Part shown: one piece after another, positions 40,057 through 49,416 of the stretch
How the letters are laid out: every line of letters begins with the position of its first letter
Position numbering within the stretch: position 1 is the first letter of the stretch
Assembly (NCBI GenBank): GCA_016787045.1
Contig: JAEUVA010000046.1
Span: 299,355 to 363,354, forward strand
Source of the DNA: Chitinophagales bacterium
Lineage (GTDB): Bacteria > Bacteroidota > Bacteroidia > Chitinophagales > LD1
Direction: 5' to 3'
DNA: 64,000 nucleotides
Program-made: the position numbers and the translations under genes
The notes under the pieces: generated by a model
What the model was told of the DNA's origin: nothing
Databases searched by the model: none
What the model saw: the letters and a program-made list of their open reading frames with translations, nothing else

Positions 40057-41121
40057 ATGAAGAAGTTGAAAATTGCGGCAGCGTGTTGTTGCATAGTATT
40101 GCTGAGCGCGTGCATTAAAAAGAAGAAAGACGATTTTAATCGCACAGAGATGCTGAATAGTATGTACACCATGGTTGTTCAACCCGGCTATACAGGATTG
40201 AAAGACGCTTCTACAACTTTGCAAACTACTGCAAACATTTTTCTCTCATCGCCCGACTCTGCTTCGCTCGGTAATTTGAAAGATGCATTTTACGTAGCTT
40301 ATGCCAACTTGCAGTATGTAGAGGCGCTTGATTTTTCTAGTGAATCTGCATTGCGAAACGACTTAAATACGTTTCCGGCAGACACTGCTCAAATTGACAA
40401 TAACATAGCCAGCGGCAGTTACAATTTAAGCACGGTGAACAACCTTCGTGCAAAGGGTTTTCCCGCCTTAGATTATTTGCTTTACAGCAAATCGCTCGCG
40501 CAAACCATCTCCGATTTTTCAGGCAGCACTAATCGCAAACAGTATTTAACTGATGTGGTGAATGATATTGTGTCAAAAGCGAACGCTGCTTCCGATTGGT
40601 GGAATGCCAACAAAACCACTTTTGTAAGTGCCGCAGGAACCGATGTAGGAAGTTCAGTAGGCATGTTGGTAAACGACTTAAGTTTTGAAATGGAGCGAAA
40701 CCGCAGAGAACGTGTGGGATCTCCGCTGGGGTATATAGGTTTAATTTATAGTGGTAGTGTAGCACCACAAACAACGGAAGCATACTACAGCAGTTACTCT
40801 AAAGAAATGTTTTTAGAGAATCTAAAAGGGCTTGCCGCGCTTTATTCCGGTGCAGGTGGAACTGGCTTTGATGATTACCTAATTCATTTAGGAGCAGATT
40901 ACAACGGCACCCCGCTTGCAGATGAAATTTCTACCCAATTTGTAAAAGTGCGCACGGCTGCTGAGCAAATTCCCGTTCCATTTTCACAGGCAGTTACTAC
41001 CCACAATGCCGAAATGCAAACATTGTTTTTAGAATTGAAAAAGTTGACGGTGCTATTAAAAGTAGATATGAGTTCACAGTTGGGCGTCATCATTAACTAT
41101 AGTGATAATGATGGCGATTAA
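40057..41121 (+). CDS. Imelysin-like (Peptidase_M75-like) lipoprotein
   Basis: Lipobox 'LLSAC'. Helical, ~350 aa, with imelysin-like blocks. No HxxE metal motif seen. Confidence 0.5.
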   Translation: MKKLKIAAACCCIVLLSACIKKKKDDFNRTEMLNSMYTMVVQPGYTGLKDASTTLQTTANIFLSSPDSASLGNLKDAFYVAYANLQYVEALDFSSESALRNDLNTFPADTAQIDNNIASGSYNLSTVNNLRAKGFPALDYLLYSKSLAQTISDFSGSTNRKQYLTDVVNDIVSKANAASDWWNANKTTFVSAAGTDVGSSVGMLVNDLSFEMERNRRERVGSPLGYIGLIYSGSVAPQTTEAYYSSYSKEMFLENLKGLAALYSGAGGTGFDDYLIHLGADYNGTPLADEISTQFVKVRTAAEQIPVPFSQAVTTHNAEMQTLFLELKKLTVLLKVDMSSQLGVIINYSDNDGD

Positions 41122-42532
41122 AAGAAGCGATTGGCGTTATACGATAAACGACTGGCGAACAACCGCAAGTAATGGTCGCATGTCGCGTATCGCGAATCGT
41201 TTAACCACCTTCTTAAACAAACCCATTTATACTTCGCCTTTAACCATCTTCCGCTTTGCTTTCGGCATCATGATGTTCATATCGCTCGTGAGATTTGCTG
41301 CCAACGGATGGATTGATGCACAGTATATTCAACCCGAATTCTTTTTTACGTTTTATGGGTTTGAATGGGTAAAGCCGTTGAACGAAACAGGCATGTATGC
41401 CGTGTTTGCAGTTATGATGCTTGCTGCACTATTTGTTGCTTTTGGAATTTTTTACCGCATCAGCATTATCACTTTCTTCTTGCTTTTTACTTATGTAGAA
41501 CTGATTGACAAAACCAACTACCTCAATCACTACTACTTTATTTCATTGCTAAGTTTTTTGATGTGTTTTCTGCCCTCAAACCTAGCTGGTTTTAAAAACC
41601 TACGAGGTTTTGTATTTATCATTCAACTGCAAATAGCCATCGTATATTTTTTTGCGGGCATAGCCAAGATAAACAGCGACTGGTTACTACATGCTATGCC
41701 TCTCAAAATATGGCTGGCATCAAAAGCAGATTTACCACTCATCGGAAATTTACTTACTGAGCGATGGGTAGCGTACACATTCAGTTGGTGCGGTATGTTG
41801 TTTGATGTAAGTATTATATTTTTTCTTTTCAACCGAAAAACAGTATGGTACGCTTATGCAGTGGTAGTGGTGTTTCACACGCTAACGGCAATTTTGTTTC
41901 CGGGCATTGGTATGTTTCCATTTATTATGATGGTGTGTGCCACTATTTTTCTACCTGCAACTTTTCACGAACAAGTATTACAAATTGCGAATCGCGGATG
42001 GCGAATGATAGATTTGAAAATTCCAAGCATGCAATTCAATCTGTGGCCCAAAATTCATAATTTAAAATTTTACCTCATTCCAACTTTTACAATTTTCTTT
42101 CTAATTCAGTTTGCGCTGCCTTTCCGCTATCTTCTTTATCCTGAAAATCTGTTTTGGCATGAACAAGGTTACCGCTTTTCGTGGCGAGTAATGCTCATGG
42201 AAAAAGCAGGCACAGTTTTTTTTACAATAAGAGGCTCAGATGGAAAATTGTTTGAAGTGAATAACCGCGATTTTCTGACCATGCAGCAGGAAAAGCAAAT
42301 GAGTACACAACCCGATATGATTTTGCAATTTGCACACCATCTAGCCGAATTGTATCATAGCAAAGAGGTGTATGCAGAGGCGTATGTAGCGCTCAACGGC
42401 AGAGCCAGCCAACTGCTGATTGACCCCATGCAGAATTTATGCGAGGTGCAAGATGGGTTTGCTAATAAAGAATGGATCACATCACCCCACTCTCTCAATG
42501 AAGTAGAAGTGTTAACCGCTAGCAACAGATGA
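41102..42532 (+). CDS. HTTM-domain membrane protein (vitamin K-dependent gamma-carboxylase-like TM domain)
   Basis: 'LTIFRFAFGIMMFISLVRF...FFFTFYGFEWVKPL...NYLNHYYF' matches the HTTM pattern. It overlaps the imelysin-like gene end; the ATGs at 41108 and 41111 are likelier starts. Confidence 0.7.
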   Translation: MIMMAIKRSDWRYTINDWRTTASNGRMSRIANRLTTFLNKPIYTSPLTIFRFAFGIMMFISLVRFAANGWIDAQYIQPEFFFTFYGFEWVKPLNETGMYAVFAVMMLAALFVAFGIFYRISIITFFLLFTYVELIDKTNYLNHYYFISLLSFLMCFLPSNLAGFKNLRGFVFIIQLQIAIVYFFAGIAKINSDWLLHAMPLKIWLASKADLPLIGNLLTERWVAYTFSWCGMLFDVSIIFFLFNRKTVWYAYAVVVVFHTLTAILFPGIGMFPFIMMVCATIFLPATFHEQVLQIANRGWRMIDLKIPSMQFNLWPKIHNLKFYLIPTFTIFFLIQFALPFRYLLYPENLFWHEQGYRFSWRVMLMEKAGTVFFTIRGSDGKLFEVNNRDFLTMQQEKQMSTQPDMILQFAHHLAELYHSKEVYAEAYVALNGRASQLLIDPMQNLCEVQDGFANKEWITSPHSLNEVEVLTASNR

Positions 42533-44979
42533 AGGTTGTTTATGGCTGTATTTTAATGTGCTTACTGCAATTAGTGGTTAACCGAGTAAACGCAAAGTAT
42601 TACACCATTAGTGGAAATGTATTTAATGCGCAAACCACAGAGCCGGTGTACAACATTATTGTGGAGTTAGAACCCTCTGAGGCAAAAATGCGCACCGATA
42701 GCAGCGGTGCATTTGCCTTCAATAATTTATATCCTGGCAAGTACAGAGTAGTTTTCAAAAGCATGGCGTACGAGCGCAAAATTGTTGCAGTTGAAGTTAC
42801 AAACGAGTCCATTCATTTAGACAGCATTTTTGTAACCCCATTTGTTCGCCAGCTTACAGAAGTAACTGTACAGGGCGAGCAGCAAAATTTTGGGGTAACG
42901 CGCCTGCGAAGCATAGATGGCACTGCCATTTACGATGGCAAAAAAAATGAAGTGATACTTGTGCAAAGCATGAATGCAAATTTGGCGGTAAATTGCTCAC
43001 GCCAAATTTTTTCAAAAGTGCCGGGCATTAATATTTGGGAAAGCGATGCAGCCGGCTTGCAAATTGGTATTGCCGCACGCGGCCTTGACCCTAATAGAAC
43101 ATCCAATTTCAACACCCGGCAAAACGGTTATGATATGAGTGCAGATGCACTCGGTTACCCTGATGCGTATTATGTGCCGCCTTCTGAAGCGGTGGAGCGC
43201 ATTGAAGTTGTGCGAGGTGCGGCTTCGTTGCAATATGGGCCACAGTTTGGTGGCATGTTAAACTATGTTTTGCAACGCGCTCCGGTTGATAAAAAAATTG
43301 AGTTGACTTCGTTTACAAGTGTCGGTGCTTACAAACTGATGAACACCTTTAACAGCATTGGCGGCTCTATAAAATGTTTTAAATATTACGGCTACTATAA
43401 TTACAAGCAGGGCGAAAGCTGGCGCCCCAATGGCGGCTTTCAATTGCACAATGCATTTGCCAACATCGGGTATCAGTGTAGCGAAAAATTAGCGATACAT
43501 GCCGAATACACTTTTAGCCAATACACTGCACAGCAAAGCGGTGGATTGACCGATGCACAGTTCAATAACAATGCAAAAGTATCGCTACGCAACCGCAACT
43601 GGTTTGCTACCAACTGGAACATTCTCGCACTCACTGCCAGCTATAAGCACAATGCGTTTCACCAATTGAATATGCGCGTTTGGGGTTTTATCGGTTCGCG
43701 CAATGCAGTGGGTTATCTGGGCCCGGCCAATAGAATAGATGACGAAAACAAAAACCGCGATTTGATTGCAGACAAATACCAAAACTTAGGTGCCGAAGCC
43801 AGATACTTGTGGAAGTATTACATCAAAAAAAGTTTGAGCACGCTGCTGGTGGGTGCTCGTTTTTATACCGGAGTTACGCAAAAGCAGCAGGGCTTTGCTA
43901 GCAATGGTAAAGATGCAGATTTCAATTTTGCGGCAGATAGTTTGCGTAGCAGCAGTTACCGGTTTCCGGCAATGAACGTGGCAATGTTTGCAGAAAATGT
44001 GTTCAACATTTCCAATAAAGTAAAAATTACGCCCGGCATTCGTTATGAGCACATCAGTACAAAGGCAAACGGTTTTTACAAACAAGTACAAAATGAAATT
44101 GTAAGCGAAAATGCGGTAAATGAAAGCCGAAATTTCAGTCGCAACTTTGTGTTGCTGGGCTTAGGCGTTAGTTACAATGTATGGAAAGCAACAGAACTAT
44201 ATGCCAACTTTTCGCAAAACTATCGTGGTATTACGTTTACCGATATGCGTGTTATCCGCATCAGCCAAATCATTAATCCGAATTTAAGAGATGAAAACGG
44301 ATTTAATATGGATTTAGGTTACCGGGGTGAGATTGGCAACTGGCTTAGTTTTGATATAAGTGGCTACTGGCTGCAATACAATAACCGCATCGGGCAAATA
44401 CAAGTGGTGGACAGCGCTTACAATATTTTTCGCTACACCACCAACGTGGGTACTACACGCAGCTTAGGCGCTGAACTGTATGCAGAAATTGATTTCTTAT
44501 CGGCTGCAAATGTTTCAAAGCGCGCTGGTAATCTATCGCTTTTTGTAAGTGGCGGCTACACCAATGCAGTGTATGTAAAATCTCCGTACAACAATGTAAT
44601 TGGCAACTCGTTAGAATTTGCTCCACAACTATCTTTACGTAGCGGAGTTTCTTATCGCTATAAAAAATTCAGCACTACTATACAGGGTTCATTTACCGCT
44701 AAACAGTTTACCGATGCTACCAATGCAACGTTTACACCTACAGCAGTAAACGGTGCCATACCTGCCTATTTTGTACTGGACTGGAGTGCAAAGTACGCTG
44801 TAAAGTGTGTGCAAATTGGAGCCGGCATCAACAATTTTACAAACAACAAATACTTTACCCGCAGAGCAGTAAGTTACCCCGGACCCGGCATTATACCTGC
44901 CGAGCCACTTACGTTTTATGCCACTTTGGGAATAAAACTGAACGAAAAAGCTAAAGAATTAAAGTGGAATACGTTTTAA
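42529..44979 (+). CDS. TonB-dependent receptor with CarboxypepD_reg N-terminal domain
   Basis: ATGA overlap with the HTTM stop. Plug-domain motifs ('IEVVRGAASLQYGPQFGG') and a long beta-barrel region. Confidence 0.85.
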   Translation: MKVVYGCILMCLLQLVVNRVNAKYYTISGNVFNAQTTEPVYNIIVELEPSEAKMRTDSSGAFAFNNLYPGKYRVVFKSMAYERKIVAVEVTNESIHLDSIFVTPFVRQLTEVTVQGEQQNFGVTRLRSIDGTAIYDGKKNEVILVQSMNANLAVNCSRQIFSKVPGINIWESDAAGLQIGIAARGLDPNRTSNFNTRQNGYDMSADALGYPDAYYVPPSEAVERIEVVRGAASLQYGPQFGGMLNYVLQRAPVDKKIELTSFTSVGAYKLMNTFNSIGGSIKCFKYYGYYNYKQGESWRPNGGFQLHNAFANIGYQCSEKLAIHAEYTFSQYTAQQSGGLTDAQFNNNAKVSLRNRNWFATNWNILALTASYKHNAFHQLNMRVWGFIGSRNAVGYLGPANRIDDENKNRDLIADKYQNLGAEARYLWKYYIKKSLSTLLVGARFYTGVTQKQQGFASNGKDADFNFAADSLRSSSYRFPAMNVAMFAENVFNISNKVKITPGIRYEHISTKANGFYKQVQNEIVSENAVNESRNFSRNFVLLGLGVSYNVWKATELYANFSQNYRGITFTDMRVIRISQIINPNLRDENGFNMDLGYRGEIGNWLSFDISGYWLQYNNRIGQIQVVDSAYNIFRYTTNVGTTRSLGAELYAEIDFLSAANVSKRAGNLSLFVSGGYTNAVYVKSPYNNVIGNSLEFAPQLSLRSGVSYRYKKFSTTIQGSFTAKQFTDATNATFTPTAVNGAIPAYFVLDWSAKYAVKCVQIGAGINNFTNNKYFTRRAVSYPGPGIIPAEPLTFYATLGIKLNEKAKELKWNTF

Positions 44980-45009
44980 TAGGATATACGAACACTAAAT
45001 ATAACAGTT

Positions 45010-45150
45010 ATGAAACCTGAACTAAAAGAGTTGTGCGAAAACACTTGCATTGTAAAACAACTGTGGAGCAAAATTTCTTTGCCTAAAAAAGATAAGTGTT
45101 GTAAAAACTTTAAAGAAGGAAAAAGATGCAAGCGATGCCCAAAACGATAA
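45010..45150 (+). CDS. Candidate small Cys/Lys-rich protein (46 aa), not in the ORF track
   Basis: My translation is MKPELKELCENTCIVKQLWSKISLPKKDKCCKNFKEGKRCKRCPKR. Same strand as the operon, 30 nt after the receptor stop. Confidence 0.3.
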   Translation: MKPELKELCENTCIVKQLWSKISLPKKDKCCKNFKEGKRCKRCPKR

Positions 45151-45198
45151 CAGAATCAGATAATCAATTTTAATATAACATAAACCAAAACGCCATAT

Positions 45199-45534
45199 AT
45201 GAATAACAACAAACCATTTGTAGCCATAAACTACATTGAATGCAACGAAGATTACAAGCAACGCTTTGAAGAACTATTCTCTAGCAGAGCGCATGCCATA
45301 GACCGTATGCCCGGATTTCAACAAATGCATGTATTAAAGCCCAGCGATGACAGCGGCAAGTATTTAGTAGTCAGCTATTGGGATAACGAAGACCAATTTA
45401 AAACATGGACAAGCTCTAAGGAGTTTATAGAAGGCCATAAGCGCGGCTTTGCCGACCTTGCAAAAGCCAAAACCGAAGGAAAAGAACCGCCCATGAAGTC
45501 AAGTTTTAAAACTTACTCTATTATTACACGCTAA
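45199..45534 (+). CDS. ABM-family monooxygenase, IsdG/HmoA-like (putative heme-degrading)
   Basis: 111 aa. 'FVAINYIECNEDYKQRFEELF...VVSYWDNEDQFKTWTSSKEFIEGHKRG' resembles heme-degrading ABM proteins. Confidence 0.65.
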   Translation: MNNNKPFVAINYIECNEDYKQRFEELFSSRAHAIDRMPGFQQMHVLKPSDDSGKYLVVSYWDNEDQFKTWTSSKEFIEGHKRGFADLAKAKTEGKEPPMKSSFKTYSIITR

Positions 45535-45535
45535 A

Positions 45536-45679
45536 ATGGAAGAGACAAAACCAGCTACAGACAGCAAATGGAAACTCTGGCTCAAACGAGCGGGTGTGGC
45601 GGGCTTTCTATTTTTCCTTATCAAAGGGCTGATTTGGATTGGAGTTGCTATTGCTATATGGCTTGGCTTCAATAAATAG
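45536..45679 (+). CDS. Candidate 47-aa single-TM peptide, not in the ORF track
   Basis: The ATG lies 1 nt after the ABM stop. Translation is MEETKPATDSKWKLWLKRAGVAGFLFFLIKGLIWIGVAIAIWLGFNK. Confidence 0.35.
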   Translation: MEETKPATDSKWKLWLKRAGVAGFLFFLIKGLIWIGVAIAIWLGFNK

Positions 45680-45731
45680 ATAAGGCGGCTCGTGTGTACG
45701 AACTGCCATTCTTATCCATGCTGCTTTAGCA

Positions 45732-46202
45732 TTAATTCAAACCTTGTATTGCTGCTTTCAGTGCTTCAAAGTTGACTTGTGCTCCGGGGTTAGCAGTTTC
45801 TTCGGCATAGGCAATGTTACCATCTTTACCCACTACCACTACCCCACGCTTAGCTACTCCCTTTAAGCCAAAAGCAAAATTGGGGAAATACATATCGTAA
45901 TCATGTATCATTCGTTTGTTAAAGTCAGAAAGCAACGGAAAGTTGATTTTGTTTTGCTCTTTAAATACTCCGAGTGAAAAAGGCATATCTACAGATACCC
46001 CCACCACATCGGCACCAAGATTGTTGAAATAGGCCAGTTCATCGCGGCTGCTGCAAAGCTGCTCGGTACAAACACCGGTGAAGGCAGCCGGGAAAAACTG
46101 CATTACTAATACTTTACCGGCATAATCTGCCAGAGAAACTTCCTTTTTATCGGAACTGAATAATTTAAAATCGGGTGCTTTTGAGCCAATTGTAAGTGCC
46201 AT
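45732..46202 (-). CDS. Peroxiredoxin (AhpC/TSA/redoxin family)
   Basis: 'FFPAAFTGVCTEQLC' peroxidatic-Cys motif. 156 aa. Confidence 0.85.
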   Translation of the reverse strand: MALTIGSKAPDFKLFSSDKKEVSLADYAGKVLVMQFFPAAFTGVCTEQLCSSRDELAYFNNLGADVVGVSVDMPFSLGVFKEQNKINFPLLSDFNKRMIHDYDMYFPNFAFGLKGVAKRGVVVVGKDGNIAYAEETANPGAQVNFEALKAAIQGLN

Positions 46203-46242
46203 TTTGATATGTTTTTTGTGAAAATTGACTACAAAACAACGA

Positions 46243-46284
46243 TTTGCAACGAAGGTTGCAAAGATTTTTGCAACGGCTGCAACC
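46243..46284. promoter_or_regulatory. Cluster of four TGCAA(C) boxes, including a 20-bp palindrome, upstream of the peroxiredoxin gene
   Basis: TTTGCAAC-gaag-GTTGCAAA at 46243..46262. Further TGCAAC boxes at 46269 and 46278. Spacing between boxes is 12, 12 and 9 nt. Confidence 0.3.
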
Positions 46285-46337
46285 TTTTAGCATTCGTGTT
46301 TGTCTATGTATCATAGTTTAGTTTTTAAGGGTTAAAC

Positions 46338-46376
46338 AGGGAACCTTCTGCCATTGCGGAAGGTTCTTTGCTTTTT
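46338..46376 (+). terminator. Orphan terminator-like hairpin in an intergenic region
   Basis: gaaccttc/gaaggttc stem (46341..46348 and 46359..46366) followed by tttgcttttt. No annotated upstream + strand gene. Confidence 0.4.
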
Positions 46377-46442
46377 AACAAGTTGCCAATGCTGGCAAAC
46401 CGATTATCTTCGCATCCATTCATTAAAAAACCTTCTTAACAC

Positions 46443-47762
46443 ATGAAAAAAATTTTACTTGCTTTAATGGTAGCGGTAACTGTTACCTCACAAGCACAAA
46501 TTCTCAACCACGATTTTGAAAATTGGAAATGGGATACCATTTATTTCCCAGGGGCAAGCGGTGTACCACCCGATACTTTTGAGGCCTTCAACCCCCTTGA
46601 CTGGACTACCTCTAACTCCCTTTCTGGAGCCGACTCTTTGGGGGGTGTTAATTTCGTAAACTATACTTATGATGCCTACAGCGGTGGGTTAGCCGTAAAG
46701 ATGGTAACAGATACCATTAAACTACCCCTAATCCCCGGTTTTCCTGCTACCAAATTGACTATCCCCGGCTTTATTGTAAGCGGTAAGTTTCCGGTAAAGG
46801 CAGAATCGCTAATCACCAGTGGCTCTGTTATTTCCCCTATGGCATTTTTAGATGCCGGTCAACCCATGAATCAACGTTTAGCTAAAATCAAGGGCTACTA
46901 TAAATATGCTCCTCAATTTATTAGCGGCACCAATTCTAACGATACTTGCTTGGTTTGGGCGGTTATGCGCAAAGGTCCAAAAGAAGTGGGCCATGCTATT
47001 TTCAAAAGCACCACCAATACGGCAAATGCTTATTTACCCTTTGAAGCAAACTTTACTTACACCGATTGCGATATGCCCGACACACTGGTGTTGTTTATCG
47101 CCTCTAGTGTACCAAACATTGCCGCTATTTTGGGTGGAAACTCAGGGCTAATACCCGGCAGCGATTTACGTGTAGATAGTTTATCGTACGATGTATTGCC
47201 CGGCAATTACAATTTTGCACCAATTGCTTTGGCTGATATAGACACAACTACAAAAAATACGCCCAAAACCATCCAGATCAAAGCCAACGATAGCGATTGC
47301 AACGATCCAATCAGTAACTTAACCATTAATGTAACTCAAAACCCAACCAATGGTTCGGTATCCGTATCGGGAAGTAACGCATTTGTAGTGTATACACCAA
47401 ACAATAACTACGTAGGTATTGATAGTTTCTACTACACTATTAATGATGGCACTAATACCTCTGCACCTGCCCGTGTTAGAGTTTTAGTGTTAGATGTACA
47501 GGGAATCAATAATGTGAACCAAGTTGCAGTAAGCATGTATCCTGTACCTGCTACCGATGTACTAAACATTAACTACAACTATAGCGGTAGTTCTACTCTT
47601 GTAGTTTATGATGCAGTTGGTAAGGCGGTAGTTCGCCAAACATCTGCCGGAAATTTTGCCTCTATTAACACAGAACCTCTGGCTAACGGTGTTTATTTTA
47701 TCCAGATTTTAGATGCTAAGAATGCTGTGTTGGCAGTTTCTAAGTTTACTGTGAGCAAGTAA
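46443..47762 (+). CDS. Secreted protein with Ig/cadherin-like domain and T9SS CTD
   Basis: Signal peptide. 'IQIKANDSDCNDPISNLTINVTQNPTNGSVSV...YTPNNNYVGIDSFYYTINDG' Ig-like repeat. C-terminal 'VSMYPVPATDVLNI...GVYFIQIL' sorting domain. Confidence 0.6.
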   Translation: MKKILLALMVAVTVTSQAQILNHDFENWKWDTIYFPGASGVPPDTFEAFNPLDWTTSNSLSGADSLGGVNFVNYTYDAYSGGLAVKMVTDTIKLPLIPGFPATKLTIPGFIVSGKFPVKAESLITSGSVISPMAFLDAGQPMNQRLAKIKGYYKYAPQFISGTNSNDTCLVWAVMRKGPKEVGHAIFKSTTNTANAYLPFEANFTYTDCDMPDTLVLFIASSVPNIAAILGGNSGLIPGSDLRVDSLSYDVLPGNYNFAPIALADIDTTTKNTPKTIQIKANDSDCNDPISNLTINVTQNPTNGSVSVSGSNAFVVYTPNNNYVGIDSFYYTINDGTNTSAPARVRVLVLDVQGINNVNQVAVSMYPVPATDVLNINYNYSGSSTLVVYDAVGKAVVRQTSAGNFASINTEPLANGVYFIQILDAKNAVLAVSKFTVSK

Positions 47763-47781
47763 TTTGTCTTTATATTTTCTC

Positions 47782-47812
47782 AAAAGCCCTCGCCACAAGC
47801 GGGGGCTTTTTG
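47782..47812 (+). terminator. Intrinsic terminator
   Basis: aaaagccctcgc/gcgggggctttt hairpin followed by a T-run, directly after the stop at 47762. Confidence 0.65.
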
Positions 47813-47841
47813 TTTGTGGATGGTATGTTATATTTGCACAA

Positions 47842-48011
47842 GTTTGGGTATTGATGCTTTTCAATTGAAAAGGGAATGCCGTGAAAATCGGCAACACTAC
47901 CCGGTGCTGTAAGGCAGCCGCAAAAAATGCGGTAGAACATTTTACCACTCTCAAAAATATACGAGGGGAAGGAAGTTCTAAAAAATGCCAAGTCAGAAGA
48001 CCTGCCCAAAC
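47842..48011 (+). promoter_or_regulatory. Cobalamin (B12) riboswitch aptamer
   Basis: P1 pairing gtttggg (47842..47848) with cccaaac (48005..48011). Conserved blocks 'AAAAGGGAATGCCGTGAAAATCGGC', 'CCCGGTGCTGTAAGG', 'CCACTC...GAGGGGAAGG' and B12-box 'AGTCAGAAGACCTGCC'. A TATATTTG box lies at 47829..47836, just upstream. Confidence 0.85.
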
Positions 48012-48102
48012 CAAATTTTATCATCATGCCTTCGGGAAAAAAGGTGGCGATGGAGCAGATACTCTACTCCTATCTCTATTTCAAAAGGCCTAAACATTAA
48101 CG

Positions 48103-48423
48103 GTGAAGCACGAACCAAAACATTGTGCACATTGCAGCGATTTATTTGAATGCAAACCCAATGCCATATCGGCTTGCCATTGCAGTCAAATCCTTTTAAA
48201 TGATGAGGAACGAGCATTTATCTCCGCAAAATATAACGATTGTCTTTGTAGTAAATGTTTGGTTGCCATAAAGCTGGAATATGAGCAAATGCCCTTATTT
48301 TATACAGAGCATGGATACTACGTGATGACTGTGAAGCATCACTTGAAACGTGGATTTTGCTGCAAAAACGGATGTCGACATTGCCCTTACAAAAACAAGG
48401 CAGCGGGGTTGCCGCATATATAA
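48103..48423 (+). CDS. Cysteine-rich protein (CWC-like N-terminal half, DUF5522-like C-terminal half)
   Basis: GTG start. 13 Cys in 106 aa: 'CAHCSDLFEC', 'CHCS', 'CLCSKC', 'RGFCCKNGCRHCPY'. First gene after the riboswitch. Confidence 0.55.
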   Translation: MKHEPKHCAHCSDLFECKPNAISACHCSQILLNDEERAFISAKYNDCLCSKCLVAIKLEYEQMPLFYTEHGYYVMTVKHHLKRGFCCKNGCRHCPYKNKAAGLPHI

Positions 48424-48436
48424 CTAAAGTAATACG

Positions 48437-49414
48437 ATGAGTGCATCAATTAAAATTTTTACGGCAGTTACTTTTTATATGTGTATAGTTTGTGCACAAG
48501 GCCAGTTTGCACCAGCCGCTGGCCAGCCCGGGTCAACAGCAATTTTCAAAGACAGTAGCATAATCGTCAACTGGGCTACGGGTTGTGAAATTGTAAAAGG
48601 ATATTTACAAATAAATTTGCCGGATAGTGGATTTGTATCGGTTGGCAGTGCCGTTTCAGCTATCGGCAAAGCCGGAGAAAATGGAGTGGTAAGTTTAGGA
48701 GATGGAGGCATCGCCACGCTTACATTCTCCTCCCCCATTATCAATGGTGCAGGTGCCGATTTTTGTGTATTTGAGAATTCATTTTTAGATACGTTTTTAG
48801 AATTGGCTTTTGTAGAGGTAAGCAGCGATGGCGTATACTTTGTGCGCTTTCCGGCCATATCACACACGCAAGATACGCTGCAAACAGATGGCTTTGGCTA
48901 CACGCAACCCGAGCATATACACAACCTTGCCGGTAAATACCGTGGCCTATACGGCACTCCCTTTGATTTGGATGACTTAAAAGATAGTGTAAGCATTAAC
49001 ATAAATAATATTACCCATGTAAGAGTGATAGATGTGGTAGGCAGCATAGATTCTATGTATGCCACTTATGATGTATTGGGCAACAAAGTGAATGACCCAT
49101 TCCCTACACCCTTTCCTTCAGGTGGATTTGATTTAGATGCTGTGGGCGTGATTCATCAATCTCCATTATCATCACCAAACATCCACCAAACGGCTGTGCT
49201 GATTTTTCCAAACCCCTTTACTAATACACTAAGCATAAGTGGCCACATTATCCAAAGTATCAGCATCACTAATTCAATTGGTCAAAAAATATTTTCTGAG
49301 CTATACCCCACGCTTCCTTGCACAATTCAATCAAACGATTGGCCTTTGGGTACTTACCACATTCAACTATTGATTGATAATGCAATAAGTACCTTTACTA
49401 TTATTAAACAATAG
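48437..49414 (+). CDS. Secreted protein of unknown function with T9SS CTD
   Basis: Signal peptide. 'VSLGDGGIATLTFSSPIINGAGADFCVFENSF' and 'GGFDLDAVGV' blocks. C-terminal 'LIFPNPFTNTLSI...GTYHIQLL' sorting domain. Confidence 0.55.
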   Translation: MSASIKIFTAVTFYMCIVCAQGQFAPAAGQPGSTAIFKDSSIIVNWATGCEIVKGYLQINLPDSGFVSVGSAVSAIGKAGENGVVSLGDGGIATLTFSSPIINGAGADFCVFENSFLDTFLELAFVEVSSDGVYFVRFPAISHTQDTLQTDGFGYTQPEHIHNLAGKYRGLYGTPFDLDDLKDSVSININNITHVRVIDVVGSIDSMYATYDVLGNKVNDPFPTPFPSGGFDLDAVGVIHQSPLSSPNIHQTAVLIFPNPFTNTLSISGHIIQSISITNSIGQKIFSELYPTLPCTIQSNDWPLGTYHIQLLIDNAISTFTIIKQ

Positions 49415-49416
49415 TT

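Noticed and set aside
47709-48217. Four overlapping ORFs in the track (47709..48014 -, 47770..48027 -, 47881..48093 +, 47993..48217 -).
   Set aside because: They overlie the terminator, promoter and cobalamin riboswitch aptamer. Their sequences are low-complexity or odd in composition. The conserved RNA motifs explain the region better than coding.
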